64,000 bases of DNA from Polyangiales bacterium (lineage in GTDB: Bacteria; Myxococcota_A; Polyangia; Polyangiales; Ga0077539). The stretch's first letter is position 1. Every line of letters starts with the position of its first letter. The notes beneath the pieces are model-generated. The model was not told the DNA's origin. It did not search any database and saw only the letters and a list, made by a program, of their open reading frames with translations. This document shows, in pieces, positions 54,916-64,000 of this stretch. The stretch covers positions 1 through 64,000 of the forward strand of contig JBGARZ010000023.1 of NCBI GenBank assembly GCA_044229975.1, given 5' to 3'. The position numbers were made by a program, and so were the translations under genes.

Positions 54916-56868
54916 CTACGACCGTAGCATTCGGAGGCCGTTCGCGATCACCAGGAACTCGCTCACCTCGTGCGCGAGCACCGCGACGGGGAGGGCGAAG
55001 ACGCCGCCCACGGCCCCCACCGCGAGCACCGCGATGACGACGATGGAGAGCACGACGTTCTGCCGGATGACCCCCCAGGTGCGCCGACTGAATCCGACGA
55101 GGTACGGGAGGCGCATGAGGTCGTCGGTCATCAGGGCGACGTCGGCCGTCTCGAGCGCGACGTCGGTGCCGGCCGCGCCCATCGCGATGCCGACCGCGGC
55201 GGCGGCGAGCGCGGGCGCGTCGTTCACGCCGTCGCCGACCATCGCGACCTCCCCGTAGCGCGCGCGGAGCTCGGCCACGCGCCGGGTCTTGTCCTCGGGG
55301 CTCAGGTCCGCGAACACCTCATCGACGCCCGCCTTCGCGCCGATCGCGCGGGCGGCGCGGGCGTTGTCGCCCGTGAGCATGACGACGCGGGTGATGCCGG
55401 CGCGCTTGAGCGCGGCGACGGCCTCCGCGGCCTCGGGCCGCAGCGGGTCCGCGATCGCGACGAGCCCGTGGAGAGCCTCCTTCGTGCCGAAGAGGACCAC
55501 GGTGTTGCCGGCCTCCTGGAGGCGCTCGACGTGCGCCTCGGCGCCCGCCAGGGGGGTGCCCAGTTCGGCGAAGAGCTTGGGGCTGCCGACGTAGAGCCGG
55601 CGCCCCCCGACCGTCCCCTGGGCGCCGAGCCCGGTCATCGACTGGAAGTCCTCGGCCGGCGCGGCCTCGACGCCCGCGGCCTTGGCGCGCGCGAGGATCG
55701 CCCGGGCGAGCGGGTGCTGTGAGCGGGCCTCGAGCGCGGCCGCCTCCGCGAGGAGGCTCCGCTCGTCGTGGCCCTCGAAGGGCACCACCTCGGTCACCTC
55801 TGGCCGACCCACGGTGAGGGTCCCGGTCTTGTCGAGCGCGACGACCCGGATCTTGGCGAGCTCCTCCAGGTGGACGCCGCCCTTGATGAGGATGCCACGC
55901 CGCCCCGCGGTCCCGATCGCCGCGACGAGCGTGATCGGGACCGAGATCACGAGGGCGCAGGGCGCCGCCGCGACGAGGAAGACGACCGCCCGGTGGAGCC
56001 ACGCCGAGGCCCCGAGCCCGAGGGCGATGGGGACGACCGCGAGGAGCGCCGCGGCCCCGAGCACGGCGGGGCTGTAGCGCCGACCGAAGCGCTCGATGAA
56101 GCGCTGGCTCTTGCCCTTCTTCGCCTGCGCCGCCTCGACGAGTTGGATGATGCGCGAGATCGTGTTCTCCGCGAAGGCCTTGGTCGCCCTCACGGCGAGC
56201 ACGCCCTCGCCGTTGATCGACGCGGCGAACACGGCGTCCGCGGGCGCCTTGTCCACCGGCACCGACTCGCCCGTCACGGGCGCCTGGTTGACGGCCGAGC
56301 GGCCCTCGATCACCTCGCCGTCGGTCGGGACGGCCTCGCCGGGCCGGACGATGAACACGTCGCCGGGCCGGAGCTGCTCGACCGGGACGCGCTCCTCCTT
56401 GTCTCCGCGGCGCAGGAGGGCGGTCTTCGGCGCGAGGTCCATGAGCGCGCGGATGGCGTCGCGCGTGCGCGCCGCGGTGTACCCCTCGGAGGCCTCGCTG
56501 ATCGCGTAGAGGAAGACGAGCGCCGCGGCCTCGGCCCACTCGCCGAGGAGCCCCGACGCCACGGCCGCGACGGTCATCAGGAGCTCGATCCCGACCTCCC
56601 GCTCCTTCACGAGCTCCTCGAGGGCCTCGCGGGCGAAGAAGTACCCGCCCACCGCGACGGCGGCGACGTAGAGCCCCGTGGCGACGCCGGCCGGAAGGCC
56701 GATCTTCCCGCCCACGTAGCCCACGGCGAGGAGGACCCCCGCGGCGGCCGCCGAGAGCACCTTCGGGTTCCGCCATGGCTTCGGCATGGGGCCCTTCGGC
56801 TTCGCGTGGCAGCCGTCGCTGCACGCCTCGTCCTGGTCTTCCTCGCGGTCGCTGGTCGTGTCGGTCAT
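54916..56868 (-). CDS. Heavy-metal translocating P1B-type ATPase
   Basis: ATG overlaps the czcA stop; TGES, APC, DKTGT, HP, TGDN, GDGVNDAP, HEVSE; short N-terminal CxxxCH. Confidence 0.93.
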   Translation of the reverse strand: MTDTTSDREEDQDEACSDGCHAKPKGPMPKPWRNPKVLSAAAAGVLLAVGYVGGKIGLPAGVATGLYVAAVAVGGYFFAREALEELVKEREVGIELLMTVAAVASGLLGEWAEAAALVFLYAISEASEGYTAARTRDAIRALMDLAPKTALLRRGDKEERVPVEQLRPGDVFIVRPGEAVPTDGEVIEGRSAVNQAPVTGESVPVDKAPADAVFAASINGEGVLAVRATKAFAENTISRIIQLVEAAQAKKGKSQRFIERFGRRYSPAVLGAAALLAVVPIALGLGASAWLHRAVVFLVAAAPCALVISVPITLVAAIGTAGRRGILIKGGVHLEELAKIRVVALDKTGTLTVGRPEVTEVVPFEGHDERSLLAEAAALEARSQHPLARAILARAKAAGVEAAPAEDFQSMTGLGAQGTVGGRRLYVGSPKLFAELGTPLAGAEAHVERLQEAGNTVVLFGTKEALHGLVAIADPLRPEAAEAVAALKRAGITRVVMLTGDNARAARAIGAKAGVDEVFADLSPEDKTRRVAELRARYGEVAMVGDGVNDAPALAAAAVGIAMGAAGTDVALETADVALMTDDLMRLPYLVGFSRRTWGVIRQNVVLSIVVIAVLAVGAVGGVFALPVAVLAHEVSEFLVIANGLRMLRS

Positions 56869-59800
56869 GGCGCCTGGTCCTGCGGTGGGGTGGGTCGGGG
56901 GTCCGTGGCTCGGCGGCCGCCGAGCCAGGCGTAGAGCGCGGGAAGCACGAGGAGGGTGAGGAGCGTCGAGGAGACGATCCCGCCGATCACGACCGTCGCG
57001 AGGGGGCGTTGCACCTCCGCGCCGGCGCCGTCGGAGAGGGCCATCGGCACGAACCCGAGCGAGGCGACGAGGGCCGTCGTCAGCACGGGGCGCATCCGCA
57101 CGAGCGCCGCCTCGCGAACCGCGCGGGCCGGGTCGTCGCCCGCCTCCTCGCGGTGGCGCGCCGTCGAGACGAGCACCAGGCCGTTCAGGACGGCGACGCC
57201 GAAGAGGGCGATGAAGCCCACCGCCGCCGAGATCGAGAAGGGCATCCCGCGCGCGGCGAGCGCGAGCACCCCGCCCGTCGCGGCGAAGGGCACGTTCAGG
57301 AAGATGATCGCGGCCGGGCGGGCCGCGTTGAAGCTCGTGTAGAGCAGCACGAAGATGAGCCCGAGCGCGAGCGGGATCACGACCGCGAGCCGGCGCGTCG
57401 CGGCCTCGAGCTGCTCGAACTGCCCGCCCCACTCCACGCGGTAGCCGGGCGGGAGGCGCACCTCGCGCCCGACCCGCGCGCGGGCCTCGGCCACGAAGGA
57501 GGCGAGGTCGCGCCCGCGGACGTTGGCCTGGATCGCCACGCGCCGCGACACGTCCTCGTGGCTCACCTGGGCCGGGCCGGGGTCGTCCGTGATCGTCGCG
57601 ACCTGCGCGAGCGGCACCGTGCGCCCGTCGAGGGTCGCGACGGGCAGGTCGCTCAGGGCGTCGGGGGCGGCGCGCGTCGCGGGGTCGAAGCGCACCTGGA
57701 TCGCGTACGCGAGCGCCCCCTCGCGGACCTCGCCCACCGTGATCCCGCCGAGCGCGCTCACGGTGTCGAGCACGTCGCCGACGCGCACGCCGTAGCGCGC
57801 GGCCGCCCGGCGGTCGATGGCGACCCGCCGCATGGGGAGCCCGCTCACCTGCTCGGCGCGCACGTCCTGGGCGCCCGGGACGCGGCGCAGGCTGCGCGCG
57901 ATCTCGTCGGCCGACCCGCGCAGGAGGTCCAGGTCGTCGCCGAAAAGCTTGACGACGACGTCGCCGCGCGCGCCGGCGATGAGCTCCGCCATCCGCTGCT
58001 TGATGGGCTGCGAGAAGCCGAAGACGATGCCGGGAACGGCGCTCCGCACGCGCCGCTCCATGGCCTCGACCAGGTCCTCGCGGCGGCGGAAGCGCCAGCG
58101 CTCGCGCGGACGGAGCATGACGAGCACGTCGGTCATCTCGACGCCCATGGGGTCCATCGCGATCTCGCCCCGCCCGGTGCGGCAGACCACGGTCTCGACC
58201 TCGGGGAAGGACCGCAGGGCGCGCTCGAGGTCGGTCGTCTGGCGCGCGGCCTCGGGGAGCGAGGTGCTCGGCAGGCGGTAGACCTCGAGCGCCATGGCGC
58301 CCTCGTCGAGCTCCGGGATGAACTCCCCGCCGCGCGTCGCGGCGACGCCCGCGGCGAGGGCGAGCGCGGCGAGGGCGACCCCGACGGTCACCCAGCGGCG
58401 GCGGAGCGCCGCGTCGAGGAGCGGGCGGTAGGCGCGGCGCGCGGCCGCGACGAGCCAGCTCTCCTTCTCCTCGAGCCGCAGGGGCAGCAGGAGCGAGGCG
58501 AGCACGGGGGTGAGCGTGAGCGACAGCACGAAGGCCGTCGCGAGGGCGAAGATCACCGTGAGCGCCATCGGCCGGAACATCTTCCCCTCGACGCCTTCGA
58601 GGGTCAGGATCGGCAGGTAGACCAGGGCGATGATGAGCTCGCCGAAGGCCGTCGCCGAGCGCACCTCGAGCGAGGAGGCCAGCACGACCTCGTCGCGCTC
58701 CGCCGGGGTGAGCGCGCGCCCTTCCCGGGCGTGCCGCTCGGAGAGGTGCCGGACGGCGTTCTCGACGATGATGATGGCGCCATCGACGACGAGGCCGAAG
58801 TCGATCGCGCCGAGCGACATGAGGTTGCCCGAGAGGCCGGCCGCGCGCATGCCGACGAAGGCCCCGAGCATCGCGAGCGGGATCATGGCGGCGACGACGA
58901 GACCCGCGCGCACGTTTCTCAGCATGAGGAAGAGGACGAAGACGACGAGGAAACCGCCCTCGACGAGGTTCCTCGCCACCGTCGCGACGGTGCGGCGGAT
59001 GAGGTCGGTGCGGTCGTAGTAGGGCTCGATCCGCACGCCCGGCGGGAGCGTCGGCTGGATCGCCGCGACCCGCGCGCGCACCCGATCGACGACCGCGCGG
59101 GCGTTCTCGCCGAGGAGGAGGAGGGTGACCCCCGCGACGATCTCGCCCCGGCCGTCGCGCGTGACGACGCCCTGGCGCACCGCCGGCACGAAGGCGACCC
59201 GGCCGAGCTGCCGGAGGTAGACCGGCGTGCCGCCCTCGCCCAGCGCGACCACCGTGTCGCCCAGGTCGTCGAGCGAGCGGATGAGGCCGTCGCCGCGCAC
59301 GAGCACCTGCTCGCGGTGGCGCTCGAGGTACGCGCCCCCGGCGCTCCCGTTGGCGTGCTCTACCGCTTCGATGACCTCGCGGAGCGTCAGGCGGTGGGCG
59401 ACGAGGCGCGCGGGGTCGAGCTCGAGCTGGTAGGTCCTGAGCTCGCCGCCGAAGGTGTTGACCTCGATGACGCCCGGCACCGTGCGGAGCTGCGTCGCGA
59501 TGGGGCCCTCGAGGAGCGCGCGCAGCTCCATGGCCGAGCGGCCGGGGCCGCGGACCTCGAACTGGTAGATCTCGCCGAGGCCCGTGGTGATGGGCGCGAG
59601 CACGGGCTCGCCGTAGCCCGCGGGGATGGCCGCGCGGGCCTCCTGGAGCCGCTCGGAGACGAGCTGGCGCGCGCGGTAGATGTCCGCGCCGTCGGCGAAG
59701 ACGATCGTCACCTGAGAGAGGCCGAACTTCGAGACCGAGCGCACGTCCACGACCTCCGGGATGCCCGTCATCGCCCGCTCGACGGGGGTCGTGACGAAGC

Positions 59801-59993
59801 GCTCGACCTCGAGCGGTCCGAGGGCCGGTGCGGTGGTGAGGACCTGCACCTGGACGTTGCTGATGTCGGGCACCGCGTCGATCGGGAGGCGGGACGCGGC
59901 GTGGACGCCCGCGACCGCGAGGACGGCGGTGAAGGCGAGCACGAGGAAGCGGTTCTGGAGCGACCACTCGACGAGACGCTGGATGACGATCAC
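56865..59993 (-). CDS. czcA: CusA/CzcA family heavy-metal efflux RND transporter (second copy)
   Basis: LPIDAVPDISNVQVQV, SLGAIDFGLVVDG, EVQRPLATVVIGG. Confidence 0.95.
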   Translation of the reverse strand: MIVIQRLVEWSLQNRFLVLAFTAVLAVAGVHAASRLPIDAVPDISNVQVQVLTTAPALGPLEVERFVTTPVERAMTGIPEVVDVRSVSKFGLSQVTIVFADGADIYRARQLVSERLQEARAAIPAGYGEPVLAPITTGLGEIYQFEVRGPGRSAMELRALLEGPIATQLRTVPGVIEVNTFGGELRTYQLELDPARLVAHRLTLREVIEAVEHANGSAGGAYLERHREQVLVRGDGLIRSLDDLGDTVVALGEGGTPVYLRQLGRVAFVPAVRQGVVTRDGRGEIVAGVTLLLLGENARAVVDRVRARVAAIQPTLPPGVRIEPYYDRTDLIRRTVATVARNLVEGGFLVVFVLFLMLRNVRAGLVVAAMIPLAMLGAFVGMRAAGLSGNLMSLGAIDFGLVVDGAIIIVENAVRHLSERHAREGRALTPAERDEVVLASSLEVRSATAFGELIIALVYLPILTLEGVEGKMFRPMALTVIFALATAFVLSLTLTPVLASLLLPLRLEEKESWLVAAARRAYRPLLDAALRRRWVTVGVALAALALAAGVAATRGGEFIPELDEGAMALEVYRLPSTSLPEAARQTTDLERALRSFPEVETVVCRTGRGEIAMDPMGVEMTDVLVMLRPRERWRFRRREDLVEAMERRVRSAVPGIVFGFSQPIKQRMAELIAGARGDVVVKLFGDDLDLLRGSADEIARSLRRVPGAQDVRAEQVSGLPMRRVAIDRRAAARYGVRVGDVLDTVSALGGITVGEVREGALAYAIQVRFDPATRAAPDALSDLPVATLDGRTVPLAQVATITDDPGPAQVSHEDVSRRVAIQANVRGRDLASFVAEARARVGREVRLPPGYRVEWGGQFEQLEAATRRLAVVIPLALGLIFVLLYTSFNAARPAAIIFLNVPFAATGGVLALAARGMPFSISAAVGFIALFGVAVLNGLVLVSTARHREEAGDDPARAVREAALVRMRPVLTTALVASLGFVPMALSDGAGAEVQRPLATVVIGGIVSSTLLTLLVLPALYAWLGGRRATDPRPTPPQDQAP

Positions 59994-59997
59994 GGCC

Positions 59998-61311
59998 TCA
60001 CTCCCCCTCTTCCTCGCCCTCGCCGAGGTTGGCGCGGTCGAGCTCAGCCTTGAGCGTCACGCTCCCCTCGGTCGCCACCTCGTCGCCCTCGCGGAGCCCC
60101 CGGCGGACCTCGACCCGGTCGCCCGACCGTTCGCCGAGCTCGACCCGGCGCGCGGCGAAGCGCCGCGGCGCGACCTGGACGAAGACCACGTCGTCGTCGC
60201 CCACCTGATGGACGGCCGAGACGGGCACCACGAGCGCCTCGCGCGCTTCACTCGCCTCCTCACGTCCCCCCGGGCCCGCGTCCTGCCTTTCCTCCTCCCC
60301 CTCCCGCTCCGGCGCGGCGGCAGCGCGCCCCGCGTCCGCCGAGGGGGTGGGCGCGTCGGTCATCGCGAGCTCGGCCCGGACGAACATGCCGGGCCGGAGG
60401 GCGCCGTCGGGGTTCGGGACCTCGACCCGCACCGGTACGGTGCGCGTGCGTTCGTCGAGCGTGGCCCCCACGTACGTCGCGCGTCCGGGGAAGGTCCGAT
60501 CCCGGAAGGCCGTCGTCGTCAGGGTGACGGGGGCGCCGACGGCGATCCGCCCGAGGTCGCGCTCGTAGGCGCGCAGGAGGACCCAGACCTCGGTCGGGTC
60601 CGCGACCGTGAAGAGCGTCGCCGTCGCCTCGACCGGCTGCCCGACGATGGCGTCACGCGCGACCACGACCCCCGCGATGGGGCTCCGCAGCACGACCGTC
60701 GCGCCGGACGCGCCCGCCCCGAGCCGGAGGGCCGCGAGCGCCCCCTCGGCCGCCGCGAGCTCGGCCTCCGCCGCCCGCAGGCTCGCCCGGGCCTCATCGA
60801 CCTCGCGCATCGCGTTGATCCCCTCGGCGCGCAGCCGCTCCTGGCGGGTGAGGATGACCTGGGCGGCATCCCGACGCGCCCGGGCCACCGTGTTGGCGCC
60901 GCGGGCGGCGGCGGACGCGGTGCTGTCGAGAGTCGCGAGGATCTGCCCGCGGGCGACGCGGTCGCCGACCCCGACGTGGAGGCGCACGACGCGCGCGGCG
61001 ACCTGGGGTCCGACCGCGGCGACGCGGTCCGGGTGGAAGACGACCTCCCCCGTGAACGAGAGAGCCCGCACGAGGGGCTCGCGCCGGGCCCGCGCCGTCT
61101 CGATCCGCGCGTTGCGGAAGCCCTCCTCCGAGAGCGTGACCTCGCGGCGGCCCTCGCCCTCTTCGCCGTGCTCGTCCGCCTCCGCTACGCCCTCGCGCGG
61201 GGCGTGCGTCGGGGAGGGCGACGCGTGGTGCCGGACCCACTCCTCGACCCCGAGGGCGACCCCCGCGACGAGGACGACGGAGACGAGCAGCCAGCCTCTC
61301 CGCGGGGTCAT
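59998..61311 (-). CDS. czcB: RND periplasmic adaptor (CzcB family)
   Basis: LRSPIAGVV, LRPGMFV; His/Glu-rich N-terminal region. Confidence 0.9.
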   Translation of the reverse strand: MTPRRGWLLVSVVLVAGVALGVEEWVRHHASPSPTHAPREGVAEADEHGEEGEGRREVTLSEEGFRNARIETARARREPLVRALSFTGEVVFHPDRVAAVGPQVAARVVRLHVGVGDRVARGQILATLDSTASAAARGANTVARARRDAAQVILTRQERLRAEGINAMREVDEARASLRAAEAELAAAEGALAALRLGAGASGATVVLRSPIAGVVVARDAIVGQPVEATATLFTVADPTEVWVLLRAYERDLGRIAVGAPVTLTTTAFRDRTFPGRATYVGATLDERTRTVPVRVEVPNPDGALRPGMFVRAELAMTDAPTPSADAGRAAAAPEREGEEERQDAGPGGREEASEAREALVVPVSAVHQVGDDDVVFVQVAPRRFAARRVELGERSGDRVEVRRGLREGDEVATEGSVTLKAELDRANLGEGEEEGE

Positions 61312-62552
61312 CGGAACACCCCCCGGGCGGCGTCGAGCGCGGTCCCCGCGAGCGCGACCTCGAGGAGTGCGTCGAGGTGCTCCCGGCGCGTCTCCGCGGC
61401 CTGCTGGCGGACGACCAGCACGCGCGTGAGGTCGGCCTGCCCGAGCTCGTAGGCGCGCTGCACGAGCCGCACGGTCTCCCCAAGGTTCGGCAGCGCGTCG
61501 GCTTCGAGGAGGCGCAGGCCCTCGTGGGCGGCGTCGAGCCGGGCGCGCGCCGCGGCGACCTCGGTGGCGGCGCGCTGCCGCAGGAAGTGCTGCTCGGCCC
61601 CGAGGAGGCCCAGGCGGGCGCGCGCCTCGGCGACCGGACCCTGGTTGCGCTGAAAGAACGGCAGGGGCAGCGCGAGCCCCGCGAGGTAGACGTCGGCTCC
61701 CTCCTCGCGCTGGTAGCTGAGCTGGAGCGTCGGGACGGGCAGCCGTCGGCGCTCCTCGAGCGCGACCTCCGCCTGGGTGACCGCGAGGGAGAGCTCGGCG
61801 GCGTGCAGGTCGGGGCGCACCCCGGCGGCCGCGGGGACGTCCGCCGCGGCGTAGCGCGAGCGCACCTCGTCGAGCGCACCGGCGAGGGAGAGCGCCTGGC
61901 CCGCGTCGAGCCCGAGGGCGAACCGGAGCGCCGCGTCCGCCGCGGCCACGCCCACGTCCGCCGCGGCAACCGCCCGCCCGGCGCGCGCTTGCTCGACCCG
62001 CGCCGCGAGCAGGTCCAGATCCCCGGCCTCGCCCGCGCTCCGGCGGGCCTCGGCGACGCGCACGATGTCCGCGGCGAGCGTGCGCTGTGCCTCGGCGGCG
62101 TCGCGCAGCGCGGCCGCGTGGAGCGCCCGGTGGTAGGCGTCGAGGGCGACCACGGCGGCGCGCCGGGCTGCGTCGTCGCGGAGCGCCTGGTCGCGCGCGA
62201 CCGCCCCCTCGGCTGCGCCGAGCCGCAGGCCGCGCACGCCGTAGACCTCGAGCGGGACGCCGAGCGTGACGTACACGTCGGTGACCCGGTCGGTCGTGCG
62301 GAAGCGCGGCCCGGCGACGAAGCCCACGGAGGGGTTCTCCTGGAACCACGGGCGCGCCGCCGCGACCCCACTTCGCGTCACCTCGATGCGCCGCTCGGCG
62401 GCGACTGCCTCGGGGCTCCGGCTGCGTGCGAGCGAAAGCACCTCCGCGTACCCGACGCGCAGGGCGACCCCCTGGGCCGCGACGGCTGGCGTCGCGACCG
62501 CGATCACGGCAGCCAGCAGCGCGGGCACCGCGTGACGAACGAATCTCTTCAC
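61308..62552 (-). CDS. czcC: TolC/CzcC family outer-membrane protein
   Basis: GAGGAG RBS; signal peptide; ENP, LPFFQRNQG, AYELGQAD. Confidence 0.9.
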   Translation of the reverse strand: MKRFVRHAVPALLAAVIAVATPAVAAQGVALRVGYAEVLSLARSRSPEAVAAERRIEVTRSGVAAARPWFQENPSVGFVAGPRFRTTDRVTDVYVTLGVPLEVYGVRGLRLGAAEGAVARDQALRDDAARRAAVVALDAYHRALHAAALRDAAEAQRTLAADIVRVAEARRSAGEAGDLDLLAARVEQARAGRAVAAADVGVAAADAALRFALGLDAGQALSLAGALDEVRSRYAAADVPAAAGVRPDLHAAELSLAVTQAEVALEERRRLPVPTLQLSYQREEGADVYLAGLALPLPFFQRNQGPVAEARARLGLLGAEQHFLRQRAATEVAAARARLDAAHEGLRLLEADALPNLGETVRLVQRAYELGQADLTRVLVVRQQAAETRREHLDALLEVALAGTALDAARGVFR

Positions 62553-62648
62553 GGTCTCCTCCTCCTCGAGCGTCACGCGCCGGGCGAAAGGCGCAGGACG
62601 ACGTGCTTGCCGCGGGGTCGCGGCGACGTGCCGGAACGAGCGAGGCGC

Positions 62649-62990
62649 TCAGGCGCGCGGGGGGTGGAACACGTCGCCGGGATGCCAGCGAGAGAGGAGC
62701 CTGGGGGGTGGGGACGGCACGGGAAGGAGCGCCGGGGCGGGCACGACGAGCGGCGGGATGACGGCATCCGGCAGCGGCGCCAGATGAATCTTGGCGCAGT
62801 CCCCGTGCGTGCAGTTCGGCGGGCAGTGGCCCGCGTCGTCCGACGACGGGCAGTCCATGTCGCAGGCCGGCTCCTCGAACCCGAGCACGGGCGCGGCGAG
62901 CGCGGGTACGCCGGAGAGGAAGGTCGCGAGGAGGAGCGCGAGCACCAGCCGCACGACGAAGGCAAGCGTTCGCGGCCGACGGAGCCTCAC
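62649..62990 (-). CDS. Small exported Cys/His protein (CzcI/DUF2946-like)
   Basis: Signal-like N-terminus; CDMDC...HCPPNCTHGDC; C-terminal FHPPRA; lies between arsR and czcC. Confidence 0.65.
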   Translation of the reverse strand: MRLRRPRTLAFVVRLVLALLLATFLSGVPALAAPVLGFEEPACDMDCPSSDDAGHCPPNCTHGDCAKIHLAPLPDAVIPPLVVPAPALLPVPSPPPRLLSRWHPGDVFHPPRA

Positions 62991-63418
62991 GACGCTGGAC
63001 CGCCTTCGACGCGTCGGCGAGCGTCGGCGAGGAGCGCGCGCACCCAGCCGCTGGTGAGGGTGTAGTAAGCGAGCTTGCCCTCCATCCGGTAAGCCACGAG
63101 GCCCATCCGGCGGAGCGTCTGGAGCTGGTGGGAGGTCGCCCCCATCGACCGCCCGAGGACGCGCGCGATGTCGCATACGCAGAGCTCGGTGTCGGCCAGG
63201 GCGTAGAGGAGGCGCAGGCGCGTGGGGTCGGCGAGGGCGCCGAAGTCGTCCGCGGCGCGCGCGATTACCTCCGGCGCTGGCAGGGACGCCTCGGCGGCCG
63301 CGACTCGGGCCTCATCGACGTAGCGCGTCTGGCACACGCCCTCGGCAGGCGCCCCGGCGCAGCCGTCCGAGACGACGGGCGGCCGGATGCGAGCTGGGCG
63401 GCGCGCAGTCGATTGCAT
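62987..63418 (-). CDS. ArsR/SmtB (CadC-like) metalloregulator
   Basis: FGALADPTRLRLL, ELCVCD, SHQLQTLR, GKLAYY; N-terminal Cys pair. Confidence 0.92.
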   Translation of the reverse strand: MQSTARRPARIRPPVVSDGCAGAPAEGVCQTRYVDEARVAAAEASLPAPEVIARAADDFGALADPTRLRLLYALADTELCVCDIARVLGRSMGATSHQLQTLRRMGLVAYRMEGKLAYYTLTSGWVRALLADARRRVEGGPAS

Positions 63419-63449
63419 GGTTGCGCAAGCGTCGCTAGATGGAGGCGTG

Positions 63450-64000
63450 ATGTCAAGGGTCACTGTCCGCCGTTTCGAGAGGCGGCGGGAGCGAGCTCCC
63501 CGCTGGACGGGGTGTGCGTTGCTCGCGGGGATGCTCTGCGCCTGCGAGGGGACTCCGCCCGTCCACGATGACCCCCGCGTGTCGTTCCGCGCGGCGATCA
63601 TGGGCGCGCCCGGTGGTTCGTTCCTCAGCGTCTGGGGGGACGCACGCACGCGGCGCGCGTACCTGACGGGCGGCTTCGTCGGGGTCGATCCCGCGGTTGT
63701 GCCGCGCGGCGCTGCGGGGCGTCTCGTCGAGTACCGCTGGCCCGGGCGGTTCATCACGCGCTGCACCACGGACCGCGCGCTCTGGTGGGTGTCTGGCGTC
63801 GAGGGCGCGACGGGCGCGATCGAGCTCTGGGCGGTGGGCGACGGCGGGCGCGTGGTGCGGGTGCGCGACGACCGGTGCGAGCCCGTGGCGACGGGGCTCC
63901 CCACGCCCGACGGGGAGCCGACGTACTGGGGCGTCCTCGCGCGGGCGCCGGACGACGTGTGGATCGTGGGGGGCTCCGCCCGACCGGACGGCCCGCGCGG
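63450..64000 (+). CDS. Beta-propeller-type lipoprotein (partial, runs off window)
   Basis: GGAGG RBS; LCAC lipobox; LSVWG, LWWVSG, LWAVG, DDVWIVGG blade motifs; open to the window end. Confidence 0.7.
   Translation, partial: MSRVTVRRFERRRERAPRWTGCALLAGMLCACEGTPPVHDDPRVSFRAAIMGAPGGSFLSVWGDARTRRAYLTGGFVGVDPAVVPRGAAGRLVEYRWPGRFITRCTTDRALWWVSGVEGATGAIELWAVGDGGRVVRVRDDRCEPVATGLPTPDGEPTYWGVLARAPDDVWIVGGSARPDGPR

Noticed and set aside
54916..59967. 1683-aa ORF as a giant ATPase fusion
   Set aside because: The N-terminal ~1030 aa is an off-frame read of czcA. The real ATPase starts at 56868.

Overview
Very GC-rich DNA whose protein styles (MYXO-CTERM-like tails, DAG-rich linkers, many Cys-rich lipoproteins) suggest a myxobacterium (inference). 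The window looks like a heavy-metal homeostasis island. It holds two complete CzcCBA/CusCBA-type RND operons (one under a BlaI/M56 pair, one under an ArsR/SmtB regulator), a ZIP transporter, a P1B ATPase and several decayed metal-transporter fragments. Two less familiar systems are embedded in it. (1) Seven paralogous secreted 'NGRFP' BNR/Asp-box beta-propellers with MYXO-CTERM-like anchors are interspersed with small secreted His/Cys-rich peptides. One peptide has a symmetric 7+7 Cys (CHxx)n core, and two share a TPLQ motif. (2) A plasmid-like replicon at ~39.3-51.8 kb carries ParA, an RHH-like partner, two Rep-like HTH proteins, iteron arrays, a duplicated inverted origin-like element, recurring CTTGCC-N8-GGCAAG palindromes and a primase with tandem inactive and active AEP-like domains. 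No rRNA, tRNA, CRISPR array or intact integrase was recognised. All family assignments come from motifs read by eye; no database search was run.
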